Position numbers and translations under genes: made by a program | DNA from: Acidimicrobiales bacterium | Lineage (GTDB): Bacteria; Actinomycetota; Acidimicrobiia; Acidimicrobiales; Bog-793 | Length of the DNA: 64,000 nucleotides | NCBI GenBank assembly: GCA_050012675.1 | Contig: JBEKGS010000004.1 | Location: 481-64,480, forward strand | Reading direction: 5' to 3' | The notes under the pieces: generated by a model | The model's input: the letters and a program-made list of their open reading frames with translations, nothing else | Database searches by the model: none | Told to the model about the DNA's origin: nothing | In this document: positions 25,651 to 34,296 of the stretch, one piece after another | How positions within the stretch are numbered: the stretch's first letter is position 1 | Layout of the letters: each line of letters begins with the position of its first letter

Positions 25651-26798
25651 GACGCGACCTGTGTCAGGCGCACTGCCAGCCGCCGGTCCCCCCAGGCCCC
25701 GGCGGCGCCATCGAAGACACCTGCAAGTTGCCTGCCACAGTTCGGGCAGCGGCCGGCACCAACGAGGCGATACTGCCGGACCTCGTACCGTTCGCGCTCG
25801 ACCAACAGCTGACCGCACCCGGCACAGTAAGTGCTCGAGCCCTCCAGGTCTCGAACATTGCCCGTGTAAACGTGGGACAACCCGGCCGCCAGGGCAATGT
25901 GGCGGGCGCGACGCAACGTGCCAACTGGCGTCGCTGGCACAGCCGCGAGCTTGTACTCCGGGTGGAAGGCCGTGAAGTGAACAGGCACTTCACGGTCCAG
26001 TTCGGAAACGATCCAGGACGCCAGCGCCTCCAACTCCCTGTCAGAGTCGTTGAGGCCGGGGATGAGCAACATCGTCACCTCCAACCAGACCGGCGTCTCC
26101 TGATGGACATAACGCAGAGTGTCCTTGACCGCTTCGAGATGACCGCCGCAGACCCGCCGGTAGAAGTCATCGCTGAAGGCCTTGAGATCGATGTTGGCCG
26201 CGTCGATGTGAGAGTAGAACTCGCGGCGGGGCTCGCTGCAGACGTAGCCTGCGCTGACCGCCACCGTCTTGATTCCTACCTCGTGACAGAGATCAGCCAC
26301 GTCAAGCGCGTACTCGTGGAAGACAACCGGATCGTTGTAGGTGAACGCGACGCTTCGGCACCCGAGCCGTCGCGCGGCTTCGGCGATCCGACTCGGTGAT
26401 GCGGAGTCGCTCAGCACGTCCGACGCTCTTGGTTTCGAGATGTCCCAGTTCTGGCAGAACCTGCAAGTGAGGTTGCAGCCAGCCGTGCCGAACGAGAGCA
26501 CGGGGCTGCCCGGCAGGAAATGGTTCAGTGGCTTCTTCTCTATCGGGTCGACACAGAACCCGCTCGAGCGCCCGTAGCTTGTGAGTACGACCTTGTCCTC
26601 CAACCGCCTGCGCAGCAAACACAGACCGTGTTGACCTTCGCGAAGCTTGCAGGCGCGTGGGCACATGTCGCACTGGACGCGTCCGTCGTCTGCGACGTGC
26701 CAATACTTCGTGGGAACCGTGGAGCCTTCCCGAGGCGGCGTTCGGTACCCACTTCCGGCCTCGACCCTGGCGCTCGATACGCCCGCGTGTAGCGCCAT
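25647..26798 (-). CDS. amrS: AmmeMemoRadiSam system radical SAM enzyme
   Basis: N-terminal Cys-rich lead-in 'DDGRVQCDMCPRACKLREGQHGLC'. Radical SAM cluster motif 'GCNLTCRFCQNW'. C-terminal 'CAGCGQLLVERERY...GRCPNCG'. The start is uncertain; the track ORF begins at 26873. Confidence 0.85.
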   Translation of the reverse strand: MALHAGVSSARVEAGSGYRTPPREGSTVPTKYWHVADDGRVQCDMCPRACKLREGQHGLCLLRRRLEDKVVLTSYGRSSGFCVDPIEKKPLNHFLPGSPVLSFGTAGCNLTCRFCQNWDISKPRASDVLSDSASPSRIAEAARRLGCRSVAFTYNDPVVFHEYALDVADLCHEVGIKTVAVSAGYVCSEPRREFYSHIDAANIDLKAFSDDFYRRVCGGHLEAVKDTLRYVHQETPVWLEVTMLLIPGLNDSDRELEALASWIVSELDREVPVHFTAFHPEYKLAAVPATPVGTLRRARHIALAAGLSHVYTGNVRDLEGSSTYCAGCGQLLVERERYEVRQYRLVGAGRCPNCGRQLAGVFDGAAGAWGDRRLAVRLTQVAS

Positions 26799-27383
26799 CG
26801 AGCCCCTCCTCACGATCTCAGGATTGACTGTCGACGAGCTTTCCGATTGGCCGCGTGCCCGAGTTGCAAGCACCTAGCCCCCGAACCAGCGAGCCTGCTG
26901 TCAGAAGTCTTACACCTTCCGGCGCTCTGAGAGCGGCTTGTGATCGCTCCTTGGTGTTCGCAGCTCTCGGATGAATGTTACCTCTGCGAGCTCTGAGGGA
27001 CGGTGACAAGAGACGACCGGCACGCTCGTTGCTGCCTGTTGACGTTGGGATGTCAAGGTCAGGACGGCATTGGTATCTTGTGCGTCCCCATTTGCGCCTC
27101 GGTGAGGCCCGGTGTGTCGCAGGCCGTCGAGCGTCCCTGAAGCCGGCTCAGAGGTCCTCCCCAACCGATCGCCTGCGTCAGCCGCGCGCTCGCCGAGGAC
27201 CAGGGCAACGAGCCGGCAGGGATGCGTGAGCCCGTGCCGGCACAGGGGGCACCTGGTCCGAGCAGTCACGGTAAAGACGACGGTCTGAGGCGCCGCTGCC
27301 CGGCTTCGGCGGGCGAGTCTCGACGTGGGTGCCACGGAGCGCCCCAGCCGCGACATTGGTTGATGAAGCCGTGCCGTGCTGGT

Positions 27384-28523
27384 ATGACTGCGCCCGTGAA
27401 GATGCCACGACTCCTCATCACGCGCAGAGCCGGCTCGGCATGCCGCGGCCTTGTCTGCCTAGTAGTCGCCGCGCTCCTGGTCGTTCCAACGGCGGGTACG
27501 GTCGCGGCGCAGTACAACAAGACACCGGTCGCGAGAGCCGCTCCTGCACTCGCGGTGCTTGTGGAGGGAAAGCTGGTGCTTGTCGAAGACGGCACGGTCG
27601 CGACGGTCGCGCCCGTTCGCGTGAGCCCTGTCGGCAGAACGATGACCGTGACTGACTTCGAGTGGTCTTCCGGCGGGCGTTTCCTCGGCTGGGAGCAGAG
27701 CGAGCTCAGCACCGGCAAAGCAGCGATCGGCTGGTACGACACACTCACACATCGGCGCGCCTGGTGGTCCGTGCAACTGCAGTTCGCCGAGGGCTTGTCC
27801 GTCACCAGCTCCGGGCTGGCGCTACTGGCGGCCGGCGAGGATCTCAACTCGCCCTCGACTCTCATCACCTACAGCGTCGGGAGGCACGTGAGCCACCGGT
27901 CGGTCGCCGTCCCGACGAGCGACAACGTCGTCGGCTACTCGGGAGGTTTCATCCTCGGGCCGGACATCAAGACCGGCACGCAGCTCTGGCGTGTCAGTGT
28001 CAGAGGTGTGGTGACCAAGCTGAAGGCGCTGCCGGAACCTGCCCGCAACGGGCCTCCCTACGAGGTGACGGCCGTCTCGCCGGACGGCAAGGTTTTCGCG
28101 GCCGAGCTCGGTGACCACACCGACGGATGCGGCGTCGGGCCGGCGTCGCGGATCTTCCTGGTCAACGAGTCGACGGGCACCGTGAGGCAGGCCCTACTGC
28201 CCGCAGGACCGCGGTGGCGGGTGCAGCAGCTTGTCTTCGACCCGACCGACACCCTGGATGCCACGATGGTCGACTGCACTGGCAAGGCCACGATGCGCAC
28301 GGCGGTGCTCTGGGTGTCACCAAAGGGAGTGTTGACAGCCGACAGGAACGGTGCGCTCGTAGCTACCTCGGCGAACGGCGATCTCGCCTATCAGGCAGGG
28401 CACATCAAAGTGGGCGGGACCGAGGCTCCCATTTTGGAGGAGGTCGCCTCGGGGCCGCTTGTGGTGAACGGCAAACCGATCGATACGGCGAGGTCGGCGA
28501 CGACCGCGTCATGGGCGCCCTGA
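27384..28523 (+). CDS. Secreted/anchored hypothetical protein, probably beta-propeller-like
   Basis: N-terminal 'MTAPVKMPRLLITRRAGSACRGLVCLVVAALLVVPTAGTVAAQ' (signal/anchor). The remainder is beta-rich, with TolB/WD-like strings such as 'VTAVSPDGKVFAAELGD'. The start is uncertain (27363/27384/27402). Confidence 0.5.
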   Translation: MTAPVKMPRLLITRRAGSACRGLVCLVVAALLVVPTAGTVAAQYNKTPVARAAPALAVLVEGKLVLVEDGTVATVAPVRVSPVGRTMTVTDFEWSSGGRFLGWEQSELSTGKAAIGWYDTLTHRRAWWSVQLQFAEGLSVTSSGLALLAAGEDLNSPSTLITYSVGRHVSHRSVAVPTSDNVVGYSGGFILGPDIKTGTQLWRVSVRGVVTKLKALPEPARNGPPYEVTAVSPDGKVFAAELGDHTDGCGVGPASRIFLVNESTGTVRQALLPAGPRWRVQQLVFDPTDTLDATMVDCTGKATMRTAVLWVSPKGVLTADRNGALVATSANGDLAYQAGHIKVGGTEAPILEEVASGPLVVNGKPIDTARSATTASWAP

Positions 28524-28603
28524 GCCCACGGCCCGGTCAAGGCGCCTTCACCTGAGTAGCTGCCCTACACGGGACGATCTGGCGCCGAGCGCCGGGGATA
28601 GGT

Positions 28604-28780
28604 CACAACAGCTGAAGGCCGCCCAGGATAATTCCGAGGACCACCAGCACGACGCCAAGAAGTATGCCGCGCCGGACCATCGAAACCACTCCGGCGACGA
28701 TAAGCACCAGGCCGACAATCCAGATCAGCGGGACGGCCGCGCCGCTGTGAAACAAGACCGCGAGTGACTGGGCTCTCATA
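28604..28780 (-). CDS. Possible 58-aa two-TM membrane peptide (below the ORF-track length cut-off)
   Basis: My own translation: 'MRAQSLAVLFHSGAAVPLIWIVGLVLIVAGVVSMVRRGILLGVVLVVLGIILGGLQLL*'. Strong G/C third-position bias and two hydrophobic helices. No homology evidence. Confidence 0.3.
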
Positions 28781-28938
28781 GCACTTCATCCTTTTCGAGT
28801 CGGAAGTGCGTGGCTCTATACCCGGTCGGCCCCCCTCGGCAAACCAACGAGTTGGCAGCCTTGTGGACAAATCGCGGCAGTTCGACGCGCAATAGGGACA
28901 CCGGTCCTGAGAGGCATCTGCGGGTCGCCGTCATACGG

Positions 28939-29892
28939 CTAACTGTTCAACAAGGCCTCCGGGCGCTCTGCCAGCCAGTCCTCGAGCGTCGCGACGCGCT
29001 CTGGATACAGGTGACTGCGGGCAAGGAAACCGGCTCCGTACTGGGGCATCGGGTCCTGGTTTGTCGGCTGGTAGCGCAGGTCCACGCTCCAGCGGACGTG
29101 GTCAGAGTTGTTCGGCGTCGAGGAGTGGATGAGCCGGTCGTTGAAGAGCACGGCTGTCCCGGCTTTGACCGGCAGCGGGAGCACACGACGTTTGAGCGTC
29201 TGATTCATGTGGCGGTCCTCGACCTCGAGGTAACCGGTCCCCGAGTACGTCTCGGCGCCGAAGGTGAGCAACCTCTTGTGCTGAGTCCGCGGGATCATGT
29301 GAAGGCAGCCGTTCTCCAAGGTGGCATCGACGAGCGAGATCCAAACGGTTATCACCGGGTTCGAGTTCGCGTCGGGCCAGTACGACTTGTCCTGGTGCCA
29401 TGGCACGGCACCGGCCGCGACACGGGGTACCTTCGGGCGCACGTTGTAGACCGGGTTTGAGAAGATCTCGGGCCCGATGAGGCTCTCGACCGCGTCGAGG
29501 ATCTTCGGGTTGGCCATCAATACGTAGTAGCCGGGCAGGCGGTCGCGCCAGCTACGCCCGTAGGCGAGGAACTCCGCTTCACCGAGCCCCTCGAAAAGCC
29601 GCGCGAGACGGGTGCGGAAAGGCTCATCGACGAGGGGATCGGTGATCAGGCCGGCAGCGAGGAGGTCGGCGGCGATCTGGTCGACCTTCTGCGTCATTGC
29701 TTCTTGCGCGGGAGCGAGGTCCTCGTCGTTGAGGAAATCGGGCAGAACGAGGTAGCCCTCGGTGTCGTAGGCGGCAACCTGGGCAGGGGTGAGGCTCCCT
29801 CCGCGCGTGGGCCTGTGTGCCGAGGGCCCTGCAGAGCCTCTTGTCATGGCCGGTCCCGTGTCACCGACAGCCGAAGCCGCGGAAACATCCAT
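28939..29892 (-). CDS. Phytanoyl-CoA dioxygenase (PhyH) family Fe(II)/2-oxoglutarate oxygenase
   Basis: 'LTPAQVAAYDTEGYLVLPDFL', 'VPWHQDKSYWP' (HxD facial-triad region), 'GTAVLFNDRLIHSSTPN'. The ATG at 29892 has AAAGGAG 7 nt upstream. Confidence 0.8.
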   Translation of the reverse strand: MDVSAASAVGDTGPAMTRGSAGPSAHRPTRGGSLTPAQVAAYDTEGYLVLPDFLNDEDLAPAQEAMTQKVDQIAADLLAAGLITDPLVDEPFRTRLARLFEGLGEAEFLAYGRSWRDRLPGYYVLMANPKILDAVESLIGPEIFSNPVYNVRPKVPRVAAGAVPWHQDKSYWPDANSNPVITVWISLVDATLENGCLHMIPRTQHKRLLTFGAETYSGTGYLEVEDRHMNQTLKRRVLPLPVKAGTAVLFNDRLIHSSTPNNSDHVRWSVDLRYQPTNQDPMPQYGAGFLARSHLYPERVATLEDWLAERPEALLNS

Positions 29893-30128
29893 CCTGGTTC
29901 TCCTTTCCCCGCCGAAACGACCGGAGGTGCATGACGCGCCCCCACCCTCCACGAAATCAGTAACCGTTTACTCTAGGGATATCACGGGTCGTCGGCGAGG
30001 TCAATCCGGGCCGTCGTCGAAGTACCAAGCAAGGTCCGAGACGGTCTTGGACGAGCCGGGCGGAGTCCGCCTCGGGCGCCCACAGACCGGCCGCCGCAGG
30101 CGATGGACGTGAGGCGGGGGATCTCCAC

Positions 30129-30680
30129 GTGGGCCCCTTGGAACGAATGCACGCGGCGTACGGTTCAATGGTGGCCGTGACCATGCGGGTGCGCCTCGAA
30201 TCGGCACTCTCGGAGACCGGTACGACGGTGACAGCGTTCCTCGAGGCGCTGGTAGGTGAGCCGATCGACGCACACCAACGCAGGCACGGGACGGTCGTTG
30301 CAGGCACGGCCAACCTCTTGGGCGTGGAAGCGGGCCATCTGTTGGTCGAGCGATCGGCCGTGCTTCAGGGCAGAAGGTCGGCGCAGACATTCGTGAACGC
30401 CGAGACCCTGCTTGTCCCGAGCCGCCTCCCCACGGCGTTCTGCCGCAGGCTTTGGACCAGTGCTGACCCGATCGGGCGAATCATGGCCGAGGAGGGGATC
30501 GACTTCACTCGCTCTCGGCCATGGAGCCCCGAGGGTCGACGACCAACGGCATCGGACGGGTTTGAAGCGCCGGATGAATACCTTCTCGCGCGGACATACC
30601 TGATTGAGATCGACGGGTCACCGGTCATGGAGATCACGGAGTGGTTCCTTCCCAGCCTCGAGCTGTTTCTGCGCGCTTGA
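30129..30680 (+). CDS. Chorismate pyruvate-lyase-like (DUF98/UbiC-fold) protein
   Basis: Co-linear by eye with mycobacterial Rv2949c-type proteins: 'TGTTVTAFLEALVGEPI', 'RSAVLQGRRSAQTFVNAETLLVPSRLP', 'DPIGRIMAEEGIDFTRS', 'RTYLIEIDGSPVMEITEWFL'. The start codon is uncertain. Confidence 0.55.
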   Translation: MGPLERMHAAYGSMVAVTMRVRLESALSETGTTVTAFLEALVGEPIDAHQRRHGTVVAGTANLLGVEAGHLLVERSAVLQGRRSAQTFVNAETLLVPSRLPTAFCRRLWTSADPIGRIMAEEGIDFTRSRPWSPEGRRPTASDGFEAPDEYLLARTYLIEIDGSPVMEITEWFLPSLELFLRA

Positions 30681-30760
30681 CTGCCGGTTGGTAGGCGTGT
30701 CGTCTCACCTGCGGACCCGACGCGCAGGTCAAGCGCGACGAGTTTCCAGGTCGGCCTGCG

Positions 30761-31192
30761 CTATGTCGTGTTGACGATGAGCACCGCGCAGGGGGCGGAA
30801 TGGGCGACGGCGTTCGGCACGCTGCCGAGTGCGCGTTTCAGTCCTCGCATCCCCTTGTTCCCGACGACGATCAGGTCCACTCCTTCGTCCTTGGCGATGG
30901 AGACGATTCGTTCCGCCACGAAGCCGGTCACGACGTGGGTCTTGGTCGGCACGCCCTCGGCCCGCGCCTGGGCTGCCATTGACTCGGTCTGGCTCGTCGC
31001 TACGCCGGCCGGGTCGAGTTCCTCTCGGTAGGCGACTTTGGTGTCCGACCACGCCCTGGCGCTCACTTCGGGGCGGTGAACAGTCGTGATGTGCAGCGTT
31101 GCACCGATTGCCTTGGCGAGGTCGATTGCCACCCGGACGGCTTCGGCCGCGGTCTCTGAACCGTCGGTTGCCACAAGCAACGATCTGTACAT
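30761..31192 (-). CDS. Universal stress protein (UspA family)
   Basis: 'MYRSLLVATDGSETAAEAV', 'DLIVVGNKGMRGLKRALGSVPNAVAHSAPCAVLIV'. GGGAG RBS upstream of the ATG at 31192. Confidence 0.85.
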   Translation of the reverse strand: MYRSLLVATDGSETAAEAVRVAIDLAKAIGATLHITTVHRPEVSARAWSDTKVAYREELDPAGVATSQTESMAAQARAEGVPTKTHVVTGFVAERIVSIAKDEGVDLIVVGNKGMRGLKRALGSVPNAVAHSAPCAVLIVNTT

Positions 31193-31375
31193 TTCGCGCT
31201 CCCAGCGTCGATCGTGCGAAGACTGTACCGGCAGGCCGTAGGCCACGGGGCACCTCAACGGTCGAGCTCGAGCGCCGGCAGTTGGCTTCATGACGCACTG
31301 GGCGCAGGCGACTATCGCAGCTCAGGGGAGCCGCGGCGTTCAGCAGGTAGGAAGCACCCGGCCTGGCAGCTTTGG

Positions 31376-32590
31376 CTACGCCATCCCTGCCCCGGCGAGC
31401 TGTGCGTCGAGGTACTGGCGGATCTGGATCAATGCGGCGGCTCCCTCTCCAACAGCGGAGGCGAGCTGTTTGGTCGATCCAGCCCGGACGTCGCCGGCGG
31501 CGAAGACCCCCGGCATTGAAGTCATGAAGCTTGCGTCGGTCACTATGAAGCCGCCTTCATCGAGGTCGACTTGGCCCTTCAAGAAGGCGGTGTTGGGGTC
31601 CAGGCCGATGAACACGAAACAACCGGCAGGGTGGTGCTCTTCGGTCTTGAGTGTCGTTCGGTCCTCCAAGATGACAGCACCGAGCTTGCCGCTGCCGTCA
31701 GGCTTGGGCCGGAACTCCTTCACGCTGCGGTTCAGCAAGACCTCCATCTTGGGGTGCGCCATTACCTTGTCCTGCAAGAGCTGGTGGGCCGCAAGCTTGT
31801 CGTTGCGCTCGACGATTGTCACTTTGTCGACGAAGCTTGTGAGGAACAGGCCTTCCTCGAGACCGCTGTTCCCTCCGCCGAGCACCATCAGCTCCGGGGC
31901 ACCTTTGTAGAACGGCCCGTCGCAGGTCGCGCAAAAGTGTATGCCCGCGCCGATCAAGTCCTGCTCACCAAGTGCGCCGGTGCGTCGGTAGCTCGAGCCG
32001 GTCGCCACTAGCACAGCTCGGGCATGGTAGTGGTCGCCGTTGGCAGTGAGGACCTCGAGGCGGTCCCCGTCCGGCGAGATCCTTTCGACCGAAAGGGCCT
32101 GGATCATCTCGACTCCGTATCGCCGAGCCTGCGTGACGATACGCTCGGCCAGCTCGGCCCCGCCAATACCCTCGGGGAAGCCCGGGTAGTTGTCAAGGCG
32201 CTCAGTGACTCCGGCCTGGCCACCGAGGCCCTTCGAGTCGATGATCAGCGAGGAAAGGTTTTCCCGGGCGGCGTAGATGCTCGTGGTCAGTGCCGCGGGG
32301 CCGCCGCCGACAAGAACGATGTCGTAGACGTGCATCATGGCCTTGCGGTCGAGGCCGATCTTGTCCGCGAGCTGTTCGTTGGACGGCTCCGAGAGGCTGG
32401 TGCCGTCAGGGAAGATGATCGTGGGGATCACGTTGTTCCCGTTGTTGCGCTCGTGCACGACCTCTAGGCCCTGTGGATCCTGCTCGATGTCGTGCCATTC
32501 GAACGCGATCCGCTGATCGGAGAGGAACTGCTTTGCGCGTTTGCAGTCGGTGCACCAGTTGGCGCCATAGACCTTGATCCTCTGGCCCAT
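31376..32590 (-). CDS. Glutaredoxin/NrdH-like domain fused to a low-Mr thioredoxin-reductase-type flavoprotein disulfide reductase
   Basis: N-terminal 'IKVYGANWCTDCKRAKQFL' (CxxC, thioredoxin fold, about 80 aa). Then 'YDIVLVGGGPAALTTSIYAAR', redox-active 'HFCATCDG', 'LMVLGGGNSGLEEGLFL', 'GVFAAGDV'. Confidence 0.85.
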   Translation of the reverse strand: MGQRIKVYGANWCTDCKRAKQFLSDQRIAFEWHDIEQDPQGLEVVHERNNGNNVIPTIIFPDGTSLSEPSNEQLADKIGLDRKAMMHVYDIVLVGGGPAALTTSIYAARENLSSLIIDSKGLGGQAGVTERLDNYPGFPEGIGGAELAERIVTQARRYGVEMIQALSVERISPDGDRLEVLTANGDHYHARAVLVATGSSYRRTGALGEQDLIGAGIHFCATCDGPFYKGAPELMVLGGGNSGLEEGLFLTSFVDKVTIVERNDKLAAHQLLQDKVMAHPKMEVLLNRSVKEFRPKPDGSGKLGAVILEDRTTLKTEEHHPAGCFVFIGLDPNTAFLKGQVDLDEGGFIVTDASFMTSMPGVFAAGDVRAGSTKQLASAVGEGAAALIQIRQYLDAQLAGAGMA

Positions 32591-32747
32591 CTGCGAACTC
32601 CCTCCGGCCGGACGTGTGGGAACACACCTCCAGTCCCACCTCTCGCCGCGACGTTACAAAAGGCATGCCCCGGCGGTCGTCTGTTTGCTCGGAGGTCTTG
32701 TCTACGAGCGAGACCGGCCACGTCGTCGGACTAGTCGTGCCGGTGGG

Positions 32748-34004
32748 TCAAGCTGTCATCGGCGGCTCCGGTCCAGCCAGCGGAGGTTCTGGTGGGGCAG
32801 AGACCGCGGGGGAGTCGTCGCCGGTGTTCGGAACACCCGCGGTGGAAGGAGAAGTGACGGGCTCGAGCGAAGGCGGTGCCATGACCGCTGTGATCGTCAC
32901 AACTGCCAGTGCGAGGAGGAACAAGCAGTAGATCCAGAAGGCCAGTGTGAGACCCGAGGTGATCGTGAGCCCCACGCGCGCCGCCTCCGCCGGGGTGATC
33001 CCGAACATGGAAGGAGAGGTGTGCTCTCCAACCTGGATCACCGCCGACGCCGCTTGAGCGACCATCGGGACTATGGCGCCGACCAGCAGGAGGCTCCCGT
33101 GAAGGACTGGTCGCCACAGGGCAGCGACGACTGCGACTGCGACCAACGCGACGATGGCGGCGAGGTTTCCGGCGATCACAGGAGCTGGGTTCGAGAAGAC
33201 ATTCCCGGCCGTGAACGACTGCGTCGTTCCGGCCGTGGTCTGAAGTACGTAACTGTCCCAGGACGGGGCGAAGGCGGCTGCAGTGCCGAGCGCGGCGAGC
33301 AGGAAGGCCAAGAAGGGGAGGAGCGCCGGACCCCGCGGCGGGCCGAATGCGACGGCGTCGTGGCGCATGAACAAAGCGACGGCCGATCCGGCAGAGCAGG
33401 CGAGCCAGCCCACGAGCCCGAGCACGAGGCCAGCGCCCATTACATGCGCGCCTGCGGAGATGGCCGTGCCCGCGTCCGCGAAGAACAGGCCGAAAGTGAC
33501 GACGCTGGTCCCCGTCGCGAGGAGCGCTCCCACCCGCGAGCTACCTCGTCCGCGCAGCAAGAGCAGAGCGCTCGCGCTCCAGACGGCGAAGTAGATCGCG
33601 TGAGGAACCAGTTGGTACGTCTGCTGGGAGAGGCTCTCGCCGTTCAGATAGTCAGGGAAAAGTCCCGCGATCCCACAGGCAACGCCGACAGCGAGAAGTG
33701 TGGCGGCAAGAGCCGCCCTTTGGGGTGGTGCTGCAGCTTGGCTAGCAGTCGCGGGGGCTTGCCCCACCACGGGGGCGCCCACTCCCGGGGCCTGGCCGTA
33801 ATCCTGAGCGACCGGCGCGATAGTTTCCGGCCGCTCTATCGCAATGAACCGCGACCAGGCGGCGTACCAGCCCTCGGACGTGTCGGGCCACCACTCCAGT
33901 GGCTGGGACCACGTCTGTCCGACACCCCAGATCCCGTAGAACGCGGGCCCGCGCCCGATCTCGTAGCTGGCTCCCCGGTAGGAAATGGTCACTTCTTCAC
34001 GCAC
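32748..34004 (-). CDS. Polytopic integral membrane protein, function unknown, with a small soluble N-domain and a Pro-rich C-tail
   Basis: N-terminal 'MREEVTISYRGASYEIGRGPAFYGIWG...', followed by about 10 hydrophobic helices. C-terminal 'PSLEPVTSPSTAGVPNTGDDSPAVSAPPEPPLAGPEPP'. The + ORF 32574..34118 is its antisense shadow. Confidence 0.6.
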   Translation of the reverse strand: MREEVTISYRGASYEIGRGPAFYGIWGVGQTWSQPLEWWPDTSEGWYAAWSRFIAIERPETIAPVAQDYGQAPGVGAPVVGQAPATASQAAAPPQRAALAATLLAVGVACGIAGLFPDYLNGESLSQQTYQLVPHAIYFAVWSASALLLLRGRGSSRVGALLATGTSVVTFGLFFADAGTAISAGAHVMGAGLVLGLVGWLACSAGSAVALFMRHDAVAFGPPRGPALLPFLAFLLAALGTAAAFAPSWDSYVLQTTAGTTQSFTAGNVFSNPAPVIAGNLAAIVALVAVAVVAALWRPVLHGSLLLVGAIVPMVAQAASAVIQVGEHTSPSMFGITPAEAARVGLTITSGLTLAFWIYCLFLLALAVVTITAVMAPPSLEPVTSPSTAGVPNTGDDSPAVSAPPEPPLAGPEPPMTA

Positions 34005-34296
34005 GGCCCGACCCTTCCTCCTCTAACTCGTCCCATGGTGCCCAGGGCTCAGCCTAGGAAACTGAGCTGTGTGTTAGCTGAGCGGAGCCTGAGAAGATGC
34101 TCGCGTGTCGTGTCGTGAGCGTCACGTCGCGAGCAGGAGTACACGAGAAGGGCGCGTTGCTCCGACAAGAGACCGAAGCTGTGCGCGACGGGACTCGGTG
34201 CCGGCGAGACACGACTGCGCCGTAGGACAGTCCTCGGCTGGGCGGCGGTTAGCGTTCCTTGGCGCCGCTCTTTGACACAAGCAAAGCCGCCTCCAG

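Noticed and set aside
26874-27383. About 500 bp gene-free region upstream of the radical SAM gene, inspected for SAM or other riboswitch and SRP/6S-like motifs (for example 'GTCAAGGTCAGGACGG')
   Set aside because: I found no match to any consensus I can recall, and the hairpins are unremarkable. It is left unannotated pending an Rfam scan.
32574-34118. Very long ORFs opposite to called genes (for example 32574..34118 +, 3848..4882 -, 36792..38192 -, 38328..39473 +, 48117..49310 -, 52290..53414 +, 61386..62273 -)
   Set aside because: These are typical high-GC antisense or out-of-frame artefacts. Their translations are Arg/Pro/Gly-rich with no family motifs, and the overlapping frame on the other strand carries clear conserved domains.
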